A stretch of DNA of 64,000 bases, taken from Mobula hypostoma (lineage: Eukaryota). The DNA is taken from positions 240,500,001 through 240,564,000 of the forward strand of contig NC_086097.1 in the NCBI RefSeq assembly GCF_963921235.1, in the 5' to 3' direction. The notes beneath the pieces are model-generated. The model was given only the letters and a program-made list of their open reading frames with translations, had not been told where the DNA came from and made no database searches. Made by a program: the position numbers and the translations under genes. Positions 37,985 to 49,823 of the stretch are shown here, one piece after another. Every line of letters starts with the position of its first letter. The first letter of the stretch is position 1.

Positions 37985-38555
37985 TCTGCTCAGATAGGAT
38001 AGTAGAGACGCCAGGCAGGACAGTGGAATGCTCTGCTTGCGGGATGTGGGAAGGCAGGGAGACCTCCAGTGTCCCTGACAACTACCACAGCAAGAAGTGC
38101 ATCCAGCTGCAGCTTCTAACATTCCCATCAAGGAGTTGGAGCCGGAACCGGATGAACTCTAGGAAGAGGTACAGTCCATGTTTTGGGCCGAGACCCTTCG
38201 TCTCGGCCCGAAACTTTGACTGTACCTCTTCCTATAGATGCTGCCTGGACTGTTGCGTTCACCAGCATTTTTTGTGTGTGTGTTGCTTGAATTTCCAGCA
38301 TCTGCAGATTTCCTCATGTTTTCTGGATGAACTCTAGATCATTCCAGAGGCTGAGGGACGATAGATATGACATATAGAGAGGCAGGTACAACCAAGGTGC
38401 AGGACACGGGAAACTGGGTGACAGGGAGCAAGAGGAAAGGAGTTAAGGAGCCAGTGCAGGGTACCCCTGCGACCATCCCCCTCAACAACAGATATATCAC
38501 TTTGGATACTATCCGGGGGTGGGTGTGGCCTAACAGAGGGTAGTCACAGTCAGCG
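37985..38555 (+). mobile_element. CR1 ORF1 N-terminal fragment (zinc finger/coiled coil) split by a PLE fold-back insert
   Basis: ECSACGMWEGRETSSVPDNYHSKKCIQLQLL; resumes after 38337 with ...GTPATIPLNNRYITLDT. Confidence 0.8.
38161..38324 (+). mobile_element. PLE-derived short element with 5' inversion and 13-bp TSD
   Basis: TSD GGATGAACTCTAG at 38150-38162 and 38325-38337; 34-nt arms 38161-38194 / 38200-38233. Confidence 0.85.
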
Positions 38556-38856
38556 CAATCGGATTCCTTAAGGTTGATATAGCTGGAGGTTATAATGGGA
38601 CAAGTTCCCACCATCTATTAATTAAATTCTCTCAATAGCATGTGCCTCAAATAGCCGCTGACAAACAAATCCAGCTCCTGGCCTTCACAGACATCCCACC
38701 CTGCAAAAACTCATTTCAGGGAGGTAGCACTATCAATTTGCGGGAGACTTCCGGGAGAGGTGGGATGTCTGCAATAGAGTAGCTCCTTAGCAGCTGGCCA
38801 GCTAGTTTAAATAACGTTAGCTAAGCTAATGAACGAATGACACCTGTAAAACTCAC

Positions 38857-39026
38857 CTCAACATGTCTTTTACAGTCTTAACCCACCATAGGCAATAGAA
38901 AAGTCACTGTTGCAAACAGTGCAGCGAGCAACACTGTCATTATTTTGACCCCTGTTAGGCAGGGGTACACTTGAGTGTAGTCTGGGATGACGTACGTTTT
39001 ATATTTGTTTTGGAACACTCTGCCAT
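38857..39026 (-). pseudogene. Frameshifted first exon of a putative hAT transposase (BED-like zinc finger)
   Basis: Manual translation across 3 frameshifts: MAECSK/KYKTYVIPDYTQVYPCLTGVK/NDSVARCTVCNSDFSIAYGGL/DCKRHVE followed by donor GAG|GTGAGT. Confidence 0.65.
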
Positions 39027-39034
39027 GGCGCACT

Positions 39035-39296
39035 CTCGCTCACGCTCTCTCTCTCTCTCGGGCTCGCTCGCGTTCTCTCAAGCGCTCTTGCTCTCTCTCT
39101 CGTGGTTGTTCACACGCTCTGGCTTGCTTTCTCTCTCATTCGCTCTCTCTCGTTCGCTCTCTCTCGTTCGCTCTCTCTCGTTCGCTCTCTCTCGCTCGCT
39201 CTCTCTCGCTTGCTTGCTCTTGCTCTCTCTCGTGTGCGTGCTCTCGCTCGTGGTCACTCCCGCGCTCTCTCTTGCTTTCTCTCGCTCGCTTGTTCT
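39035..39296. repeat. CT/CTCG-rich compound microsatellite inside the hAT element
   Basis: Direct observation (TTCGCTCTCTCTCG units). Confidence 0.9.
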
Positions 39297-40634
39297 CAAA
39301 AAAATTGATTTCCGTGATATTGTACATAATTTGCGGGCATCAGGGAGCCACTATTAATATGCAGGAGACTCCCAGAACTTCCGGGAGAGGTGGGATGTCT
39401 GCCTTCATGTGTGGCTCAGCAGCTAAGCCCGGCAGAACTATTTCTACTGACAAGGAAGCTTGCTCTCCATATTGTACTGTCCTGGCTATCTAGACAGCGA
39501 GGACACAACATCCTTGGTCGACCCGGACCTACCAAGGCCTACATAGATAAAATGCTTTGGGTCCATTTACATAATAGAGACACAACAGAAGCATATATTT
39601 TACTAGTCGTGTGCTTTAAGATGGGACCATTTTAAAAGAAAAAAAAAGAACATAGAAGTGGTGGTTAGTGAAATATTCATTATGAGATTTTTCAACATTC
39701 TTGCACCCACAAAGAGGAAAAATAGGATCCAATAAAGAAAGTGAATTTTAAATATGTCCATTTTTTTCTTTGATTATTAATTGTTCTTTCCTTCCTTTTT
39801 GGATCCCAGCTTTCAGGTTGTTATTTGGAGGTGTATATGAGTGACCCTTGGTAGATTTATTGTCTGTTATCTTTCCCCTCGGCTGAAAAGTTTTCCCTCC
39901 TCCAAGAAGTGCTTCCTTCAGATGAGTTAATCAGGTTTGTGGACTCGCTTGTGCAGAGTTCTGGGCTCAGACCCACATCCTGTCAATCTGCTGTAGCCCA
40001 GCAGATTGTAGCATAAATACATTTTACAACTACATCACCACAAACATTTTATTTAAAAAATATGATCCTGTATATTTTACCAAAAGGTACAGCTGCTCCC
40101 TATTTATAAATTGAACCTCTGTGAATTACTTTTTGGCTAAACTTTATAAGAACAACCGTCTGTCCGTTAAATAAAATGAAATGAATGTCTTCTTGATAGG
40201 ACCTCGAAGTATTAGTTATGGGCCTGTCCTTTGAAAACTGAATAATTTATCTGGTGTAATTTTAAACTGAATTGGGTTACATTTATGCAAGGGGAAAGGT
40301 TATTCAAGAAATGACTCAAACATAACAAAGATAACTCAAAAGGACAAACTGAATTAAGATGAGAGATGAGTTATGAGTCTCCTGTGAATTGAATAGAAAA
40401 GAAAAGCACCATAATTTTTAAAGCACGCAACACCACGATGGTTTGGTGTTGAAATTACTAAGTGCAGGGCATGATTATTAAGGCAAGGCGCCATGGAAGT
40501 TAAATATTCCGATAATTACCAAAGCCAGGAGAATTTTGAGTACAATATCCCCTTGATTCCCTCTTCTGAAGGCTCTGTTTAATGCAGGAAGAGGTTTCTA
40601 TATGCAACATCAGTTCTCCAGGTATTTAGCATTT

Positions 40635-40860
40635 GATGGTTTTGGGCCTGTACTCACTGGAGTTCAGAAGAATGAGGAGGGATCTCATTGAAATCTAATG
40701 AATATTGTAAGGTCTAGACAGTGTGGACATGGAGAGGATGCTTCTTATAGAGAGGGAGTCTAGGACCAGAGGGCATAGCCTCAGAATATATGGACGTCCC
40801 TTTAGGACAGAAGTGAGGAAGTATTTCTTTAGCCAGAGGGTGGTTAATCTGTGAAATGCT
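40635..40860 (+). mobile_element. CR1 3' fragment
   Basis: GGCCTGTACTCACTGGAGTTCAGAAGAATGAGG...GCCAGAGGGTGGTTAATCTGTG. Confidence 0.8.
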
Positions 40861-41509
40861 CATATTTGAGCTTTTTTAGCTTGGTAGCTTACCAGTGGAA
40901 GTGAACCTCGATAGCGTGATGCCAGTAAAATTCCCTGTGTGTCGGCTACAAAACGACTTTGCTCCAAACTACACTTACTGCAAAGTTTTGCCATGTCTCC
41001 ACTGCCCAGTATGTTCCATACGAGTGAGACTGCCATTCACCACTGAATTGTGCTAATATCATGAGGAGGTCAACTGAGACTAAATGGTCTTTTCTTGTGT
41101 CTTTGTAAACACTGGCATGCTCTTTCAAGCTGCTTGAATAGAGCTAAAATCCCATTTCCCCAGCTCTGAAATACAACTTCCTAATGCACAACACCAACTG
41201 TACATGAAAAATTTCAATGGGTTCAAATTGGAGACATACCAGTGGCAGAAGTTCCATTCCTGCCTACCTCCAGCAGATACCTCACAATTTACCTCCTTAT
41301 GACGTTATTGTCTACTTATGTTCTTTCTGTAACTGTAACACTTTATCATTGTTAATAAATAATATATAAAATATTCTGTTGTTGTTTTACTTTGCACCAT
41401 CAGAATACACAGTACTGTGCTCGACTGTTCCTATGTTCTGTGCTAAATGCATTTTTCTTCAACTGGCCAACCCTGTGCTTGAGTAATGAAAGCAATGATG
41501 GGGTTTGAC

Positions 41510-43790
41510 ATAGTTTCATAGAGTCATAGAACACTACAGCAAGGAAACAGGCCCTTCAGCCCATCAATTCTATGACTACTCTCAAAGACCTGCAATCAGA
41601 CTATAGCCCACCCTCCCATCATTGTACCTATACAAATTTCTCTTAAACATTGAAATTGGCCCTGCATCTTCCACTTGCGCTGGCAGCTCGTTCCACACTC
41701 TCACAATCCCCTGAGTGAAGAAGTTTCCCCTCATGTTCCCCTTGAACATTTCATTTTCACCCTTAACCCATGACCTCAAGTTCTAGTCTCACCCAACGCC
41801 AGTGGAAAAAGCCTGCTTGCATTTACCCTATCTGCAACCTTCATAATTTTGCATACCTCTATCAAATCTCCCCTCAATCTTCTATGTTCCAGGGAAGAAA
41901 ATCCTAACCCGTTCAACCTTTCCCTATAACTCACATTCTCAAGTCCAGGCAACATCCTTGCAAATTTTTTGTGCACTCTTTCAATTTTATTGACAACTTT
42001 TCTGTAGGTAGGTGACCAAATCTGCACACAATGCCCCAAATTAAGCCTCGTAAATGTCTAATACAATTTCAGCATAACACCCCCCAACTCTTGCCCTCAA
42101 TACATTGATCTATGAAGGGCAATATGTCAACAATTTTCTTTGCAACCCTATCTATCTGTGACACCACTTTCAATGAATTATGGACCTTTATTCCCATATC
42201 CCTTTGTTCTACCGCAATACTCAGTGCCCTACCATTCACTGCGTAAGACCTACCCTGGTTGGTCCTCCAAGAGTGCAACACCTCACACTTCTCTGCATTA
42301 AATTCTGGCTTTTCCTACAAAGCCAATGTCTAATTCAATTTACAACCTCATCTTGAATGCCAAGCGACTGAATCTTCTTGACCAACCTCCTATGCAGCAC
42401 CTTGACAAAGGCCTTGCTAAAGTTCATGTAGACAACATCCACAGCCTTGCCCTTCATCCACTTCCCTGGTAACTTCCTCAAAAATCTCAATAAAATTGGT
42501 TAAAATCAACTTACCATGCACAAAGCCTTGTTGACTACCCCCGATCAGTCCCTGTCTATCCAAATACTGATATATCTGGTCTCTTAGAATACCTTCCAAT
42601 AACTTTCCTACTACTGGTGTTAGGCTCACTGACCTATGATTGCCTGGCTTACTCTTAGAGCCTTTCTTTGTGTTGGGCATGTGGCCAAGTGGTTAAGGCG
42701 TTTGTCTAGTTATCTCAAGGTCGCTAGTTCGAGCCTCAGCTGTGGCAGTTTGTTCATGTCCTTGAGCAAGGCACTTAATCACACATTGCTCTAGTCTGTG
42801 CAAGGAGTGGTGCCCCACACAGACTGCCAATATGCGCCTTGTAAGGCATGAAAATACCCGACGCAGGAGAACAAAACAACTTTAACTATCCATGGCTAAG
42901 GATGCTTTAAATATCTTTGCTAGGGCCCCTGCAATTTCTGCACTGGTCTCCCACAAGGTCTGTGGAAACACATTGTCAGGCCTTTGGGATTTATGCACCC
43001 TAAATTGCCTCAATATAGCAAGCACCTCCTTAGCTGTAATTATATAAGGTCCATGACCTTGCTCCTGCATTGCCTCACATCAAAAGACTCTGTGTCTGAC
43101 TTTTGAGTAAGTATCATTGCAAAAAAATCCATTTAAGACCTCTCCCATCTCTTTTGATACCATGTATAGATTACCGCTCATCTTCTAGAGGACCAATTTT
43201 GTCCCTTGCTATCCTTTTGCTCATAATATATCTGCAGAAGCCATTAGGATTCTCCTTCACCTTGTCTGCTGGAAAAACTTCATGTCTTCTTTGAGCCTTT
43301 CTGATTTCTCTTGCATTTCTAATACTCTTCAAGTATTTCATTTGTTTCTGCCACCTATACCTGCTATGCAAATTCTTTTTTTTTAATCAGCACCTTAATA
43401 TCTCTCAGAAACCAAGTTTCCCTCAACCTGTTATCCTTGTCTTTTATTCAAAAGGAACGTATAAGCTCTGTGCTCTCAAAATTTCATTTTTGAAAGCCTT
43501 ACATTTACCAGGTACACCTTTGCCAGAAAACAACTGGTCCCAATCCACACTTGCTGGAACCTTTCTGATACCATCAAAATTGCCCTTTCTCTGATTTAGA
43601 ATCTCAGCCCGAATACCAGACCTATCCTTTTCCATCATTGCCTTGAAGCTAATGGCATTATGATCACTAGATACAAAGTGGTTCCATAGATAAACTTATG
43701 TCACCTGCCATGTCTCATTCCCTAATAGGAGAACAAGTATCATACTGTCTCTTGTTGGGACTTCTATATACTGAATAAGTAAACTTTCCA
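41510..43790 (-). mobile_element. Degenerate CR1 ORF2 with internal deletions
   Basis: ORFs 43444..43638, 43171..43371, 42417..42680 (VSLTPVVGKLLEGILRD...QQGF), 41776..42039, 41582..41779. Confidence 0.85.
42670..42868 (+). mobile_element. tRNA-derived SINE with CORE-like domain (copy 2)
   Basis: Aligns with 35952-36140; TGGCCAAGTGG, AGTTCGAGCC, TGTCCTTGAGCAAGGCACTTAA. Confidence 0.85.
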
Positions 43791-44930
43791 TAAGACCATA
43801 AGTGATAGGAGCAGAAGTAGGTCATTTCATCATGGATGATCCATTTTCCCTCTCAATCACATTCTCAAAATCCAAACTAAACTTATTATCAACGTGCATA
43901 TATGTCACCATTTACAACTGTGAGATTTGTTTTCTTCAGGTATACTCACTAAATCCAATAACCACAATAGAATCAATGAAAGACCGCATAAATAGAGCGG
44001 ACAACCAGTATGCGAAAGACAGCAAACTGTGCAACTACAAAAAGAATATAAAGAAATAATATTAATAAAGAAATAAGCAATAAACATTGAGAACATGAGA
44101 TGAAGAGACCTTGAAAGTGAATCTACAGGAACAATTCAGTGACGGACGAGCGAAGTTGAGAGCTGAGTGAAGTTATCCCCTTTGGTTCAAGAGCCTGATA
44201 GTTGATGGGTAATAACTGTTCCTGAACTTGGTGGTGTGAGTACAGAGGCTCCTGTACCTTCTTCCTGATGGCAATAGCAAGAGAGGATGCCCTGTTTGGT
44301 GGGGTTCCCTGATGATGAATGCTCCTTTCTTGCGACAACAGTCTGTGTAGATGATCTCAATGATGGGGAGGACTTTACTCATGTTGGACTAGACTGTATC
44401 CACTACTATTTGTAGGATTTTCCATTCAAGTGCATTGATTCAAGGGCATTCTCCCCATAAACTTTCACACCCTGACTAATCAAGAACATATCAACCTCCA
44501 CCTCAAATACACCCAGTGACTTGGCCTACATAGCCGTCTGCGGCAATGAATTCCAAGATTCACCACCCTTTGGCTAAAGAAATTTCTCCTCATCTCCATT
44601 CTAATTGGACATCCCTCTATTCTGAGGATGTGCCCATTGGTACTAGACTCCCCCGCTATAGGAAATACCCTTTTCACATCCACTCTAGGCCGTCCATCAT
44701 TCAATAGGTTTCAGTGAGATTCCCCCCTTGTTCTTCTAAATTTTAGTGAGTTTAGGCCCAGAGCCTTCAAATACTACTCATACAATAACCCTTTCATTAC
44801 CAGAATCACTTTTGTGAACTTGCTTTGAACCCTCTCCAAATTCAGCACACCCTTCCTTAGATCAGGGGCCCAAAACTGCTAACAGTACTCCAATTGACAC
44901 CTCACCAGTGCCTTGAAAAGCCTCAGCTTT
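43790..44930 (-). mobile_element. CR1 3' fragment split by a Rex1/Babar fragment (about 43865-44440)
   Basis: CR1 ORF 44480..44704 (RRNFFSQRVVNL); Rex1 ORF 44173..44382 (LLPSGRRYRSL...FRNSYYP). Confidence 0.8.
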
Positions 44931-45949
44931 ACATGGTGAAGAAGACTCAAAGGGCTGAATGGCCTAATTCTGCTCCTATGTCTTATGGTGTTATGAATGG
45001 TAGGACAGGCTCAAAGGCTCAAGGCCTACACCTGCCCCTATTTCTTCTGCTTTTATGCCCTTATTCAAAACAAGATTAAAAGCATAAATAATATATAATG
45101 CATGATTTAATTCATTGTTTCCTGTAATATATCAGACTGACATCATGTTTATATTCAATAAGTTATGAAAGAGCCTATATGGAAAACTCAATGTGTGGCG
45201 AAACTTGACTTCAGACCATAAAATGCAACCTTGAGGCATAACTATTAAACATATGACAGTTTGCTTGTTGACAATAAGTGACAGGCAGATAAATTCATTT
45301 TCAAAGAGAATTGTTCGAGCTTATCGCGGACTGACAGCTACAATGAATCTAATATTTTACATGCTGTTAGGAGATTGCCTTGCCCTTCATAAAATGCCAT
45401 CTTTGAAGCTTTTATGGCTTCAATGAAATTAATTTTTGTCCACCATTTTCTCACAAAATACAGAGTTTCTGAATTACATCAAAGGTTTTTCAGTTCATTT
45501 ACTTTGGAGAAATGAACCCCAATCATGCATTTCTTTTATTAACTACTGGTTTTGACATTCGTTTAGGAGTGGTGACACAGAAAAGTGTTACTCATACACT
45601 GTTAACAGTACAATAATGTAGACAGAGCAGGAATTCAAATGATGGCGACAATCATGCATTATTAATTCTCTTAGCCTTCCACAATTCCCATACTGAGATC
45701 TTCTATCAGCCTTGCTCTGTGTTGTGACAGTCAAAGAGGACTGACAGATGAATGGAGCAGGTAATTCACAAAGCAGAAAATATTCAGGATATTGGTGCTA
45801 CACACTGAAGAACATACTTCACCTATAATTACTAACCAGGTTTAAAAGTACCCACAAGGTGTCGAGGTACTTACAAGAAAGATGTAAATAAGGTACCTAC
45901 AGGAAAGACGTAAATAAGGTTTAAAGAATTCACAGAAAATTTACAAGGA

Positions 45950-48307
45950 AAATTGACACAATATGTAGATCATCCTACAAGAGGAGAGGCCGTATTTGAT
46001 TTGGTATTGGGAAATGAACATGGTCAGGTGTCAGATCTCTCAGTGGGAGAGCATTTAGGAGATAGTGATCATCAATCTATCTCCTTTACAATAGCATTGG
46101 AGAGAGATAGGAACAGACAAGTTTAAAAAGTGTTTAATTGGAGTAAGCAGAATTATGAGGCTATCAGGCAGGAAATTGGAAGCTTAAGTTGGGAACAGAT
46201 GTTCTCAGGGAAAAGTACAGAAGAAATGTGGCAAATGTTCAGGGGATATTTGTGTGGAGTTCTGCATAGGTACGTTCCAATGAGAGAGGGAATTTATGGT
46301 AGGGTACAGGAACCATGATGTACGTAGGCTGTAATTAATCTAGTCAAAAAGAAAAGAAAAGCTTACAAAAGGTTCAGAGAGCTAGGTAATGTTAGAGATC
46401 TAGAAGATTATAAGGCTAACAGGAAGGAGCTTAAGAAGGAAATTATGAGAGCCAGAAGGGGCCATGAGAAGACCTTGGTGGGCAGGATTAAGGAAAACCC
46501 CAAGGCATTCTACAAGTAAGTGAAGAGCAAGAGGATAAGATGTAAAAGAATAGGACTAATCAAGTGTGACAGTGGGAAAGTGTGTATGGAACCAGAGGAA
46601 ATAACAGAGGTACTTAATGAGTACTTTACTTCAGTATTCACTATGGAAAAGGATCTTGGTGATTGTAGTGATGACTTGCAGCAGACTGAAAAGCTTGAGC
46701 ATGTAGATATTAAGAAAGAAGATGTGCTGGAGCTTTTGGAAAGCATCAAGTTGGATAAGCAGCCGGGACCAGAAGAGACGTACCCCAGGCTACTGTAGGA
46801 GGAGAGGGAGGAGATTGCTGAGCCTCTGGTGGTGATCTTTGCATCATCAATGGGGACGGGAGAGGTTCCGGAGGATTGGAGGGTTGTGGATGTTGTTCCT
46901 TTATTCAAGATAGCGAGTAGAGGTAGCCCAGGAAATTATAGACCAGTGAGTCTTACTTCAGTGGTTGGTAAGTTGGTGAAGATCCTGAGAGGCAGGATTT
47001 ATGAATATTTGGAGAGGTATAACATAATTAGGAACAGTCAGCATGGCTTTGTCAAGGACAGGTTGTGTCTTACGAGCCTGATTGAATTTTTTGAGGATGT
47101 GACTAAACACATTGATGAAGGAAGAGCAGTAGATGTAGCGCATATGGATTTCAGAAAGGCATTTGATAAGGTACCCCATAAAAGGCTTATTGAGAAAGTA
47201 AGGAGGCATGAAATCCAAAGGGACATTGCTTTGTAGATCCAGAACTGGCTTGCCCACAGAAGACAAAGAGTGGTTGTAGACGAGTCATATTCTGCATGGA
47301 GGTCGGTGACCAGCGGTGTGCCTCAAGGATCTGATCTGGGACCCTTAATCTTCGTGACTTTTATAAGTGACCTGGATGAGGAAGTGGAGTGATGGGTTAG
47401 TAAGTTTGCTGATGACACAAAGGTTGGAGGTGTTGTGGATAGTGTGGAGGGCTGTCAGAAGTTACAGCGGGACATTGATAGGATGCCAAACTGGGCTGAG
47501 AAGTGGCAGGTGGAGTTCAACCTAGATAAGTGTGAAGTGGTTCATTTTGGTAGGTCAAATTTGAAGATAGAATATATTATTAATGGTAAGGCTCTTGGCA
47601 GTGTGAAGGATCAGAGAGATCTTGGGGTCCAAGTCCATAGGACGCTCAAAGCAGCTGCGCAGGTTGACTCTGTGGTTAAGAAGGCGTACGGTGTATTGGC
47701 CTTCATCAATCATGGAATTGAATTTAGGAGCCAAGGGGTAATGTTGCAGCTATATAGACCCTGGTCAGACCCCACTTGGAGTATTGTGCTCAGTTCTGGT
47801 CGCCTCACTACAGGAAGGATGTGGAAGCCATAGAAAGGGTGCAGAGGAGATTTACAAGGATTTTGCCTGGATTGGGGAGCATGCCTTATAAAAACAGGTT
47901 GAGTGAACTCGGCCTTTTTTCCTTGGAGTGACGGAGGATGAGAGGTGACCTGACAGAGGTGTATAAGATGATGAGAAGCATTGATCGTGTGGATAGTCAG
48001 AGGCTTTTTCCCAGGGCTGAAATGGTTGCCACTAGAGGACACAGGTTTAAGGTGCTTGGGAGTAGGTACACAGGAGATGTCAGGGGTAAGTTTTCTACTC
48101 AGAGAGTGGTGAATGCATGGAATGGGCTGCCGGCGACAGTGGTGGTGGAGGCGGATACAATAGGTTCTTTTAAGAGACTTTTAGATAGGTACATGGAGCT
48201 TAGAAAAATAGAGGGCTATGAGTAAGTCTAGTAATTTCTAAGGTAGGGACATGTTTGGTACAACTTTGTGGGCTGAAAGGCCTGTATTGTGCTGTAGGTT
48301 TTCTATG
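45950..48307 (+). mobile_element. CR1 family C ORF2 (2.3 kb) nested in another CR1 3' fragment (about 45870-45950 and 48310-48735)
   Basis: ORFs 46130..46318, 46520..46798, 46829..47236, 47435..47833, 47938..48225; homologous to 8410-12405 on the opposite strand. Confidence 0.9.
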
Positions 48308-49191
48308 GACTACCTGAGTTATAAGAAAAGATTGAATAGATTATGACTTTATTCCTTGGAACATAGAAGATTGAGAGGAGATTTGATAAAGGTATACAAA
48401 ATTATGAGGAGTATAGGCAGGGCAAATGCAAGCAGGCTTTTTCCACTGAGGTTGGGTGGGACTACAACCAGGGATCAGGGGTTAAGGGTGAAAGGTGAAA
48501 ATTTTAAGGGGAACATGAGGGGAAACTTCTACACTCAGAGGGTCATTGAGTGGGTGGAACGAGCTGCCAGCGCAAGTGGTGCATACGAGCTCAATTCCAA
48601 CGTTTGGGTAGCTACATAGATGGTAGGCTAAAGAGGGCTACGGTCCAGAGCAGGTCGATGGGAGTAAGCAGTTTAAATGATACGGCATGGGCCAGATGGG
48701 CCGAAGGGCCTGTTTTTGTGCTATATTTTTCTATGAATATATGTATCTAATTTTTAGAAATTTTGCATCGAGCATTGTCCTGCTGGTGCAAAAATACAAA
48801 TTTCACGGTGAAAGGTCTCAGCCCAAACAGTTTCAAGATTTGAGCTTATTTATCAGCTGTAAGTCAAAACACACAATGAATTGTGGCATTTGTGTTAACC
48901 ACCAACACACGCAAGAGTTTGCTAGGGGCAGGTCCTGCCTGACCTGTTGGGCTCTTCCACCAATTTGTGTTTGTGGCTCTGGATTTCCAGTGTCTGCAGA
49001 ATCTCTGGTGGTTAAAAGTGAATGACATATTTTATGTCAGCGATAATTAGCCTGATTCTGATTCTGCACATAAAATCTGGCAGGCTACCTTCCTCACTGT
49101 TTTATGGCTCACTGAATGAAGATATTTACTATCTATCTCAAACCCTGTTATTCTCCATTCACTACAATCATCGCTGCAATCATGCCGACAA

Positions 49192-49515
49192 TAATTTTAG
49201 GTGCAATATATACAGTAGCTGATCAAATAATACACACAAAATGCTAGAGTTACTCAGCAGGCCAGGCAGCATCTATGGAGAAGAATCGAGTTGATGTTTA
49301 GATGCTGCCTGGCCTGCTGAGTTACTCCAGTATTTTGTGTGTATTACTTGATCAGCTGCTGTATATGTTGTACCTAAAATTAGACGATGAAGGGTCTTGA
49401 CCTGAAGCGGCAACTGTACTCTTTTCCATAGATGCTGCCTGTCCTGTTTCATTCGTCCAGCATTTTGTATGTGTTGCTTGGGTCTCCAGCATCTGCAGAT
49501 TCTCTTTTGTTTGTG
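49192..49515. mobile_element. PLE-derived insertion complex: 84-bp-arm palindrome plus a direct terminal copy
   Basis: Arms 49192-49275 / 49299-49382; then GATGAAGGGTCTTGACCTGAAGCG...CCAGCATCTGCAGATTCTC at 49384-49515. Confidence 0.8.
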
Positions 49516-49823
49516 AGCTGATCAGATAAATTGGCATCTTTGGCAATAGGAGACACAAAATATCTTGCGCTTTTGTGCTATATTTGCCAGTGTAGGTGCA
49601 CATACAATTGCTTGTTGCATCAAAGTTCAAAGTTCAAATTATATACAACCTTAAGACTGGTCTCCATACAGGCAGCCACAAAACAAAGAAACCCAACAGA
49701 ACCCATTAAACCCGTCATTTTATCATGGCTCATTCATTATCCTTCGCAACCCCTATCTCCCAACTCTCCGCGTAATGTTTTAACCTAATCGAAAGCCAAT
49801 CAACCTCCGCTTCAAAATCTAGC

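Larger units (their letters stand above)
38688..39401 (-). mobile_element. hAT-like DNA transposon deletion derivative carrying a decayed transposase first exon
   Basis: TIRs CAGACATCCCACC / GGTGGGATGTCTG; CCTTCA duplicated on both sides; extra internal TIR copy ending 38771. Confidence 0.75.

Noticed and set aside
38971..39493. Ser/Leu/Arg-rich ORFs
   Set aside because: Translations of CT/CTCG microsatellite
39850..39985. Short minus-strand open frame (DVGLSPELCTSES...) as an exon
   Set aside because: Weak acceptor, no donor or homology recognised
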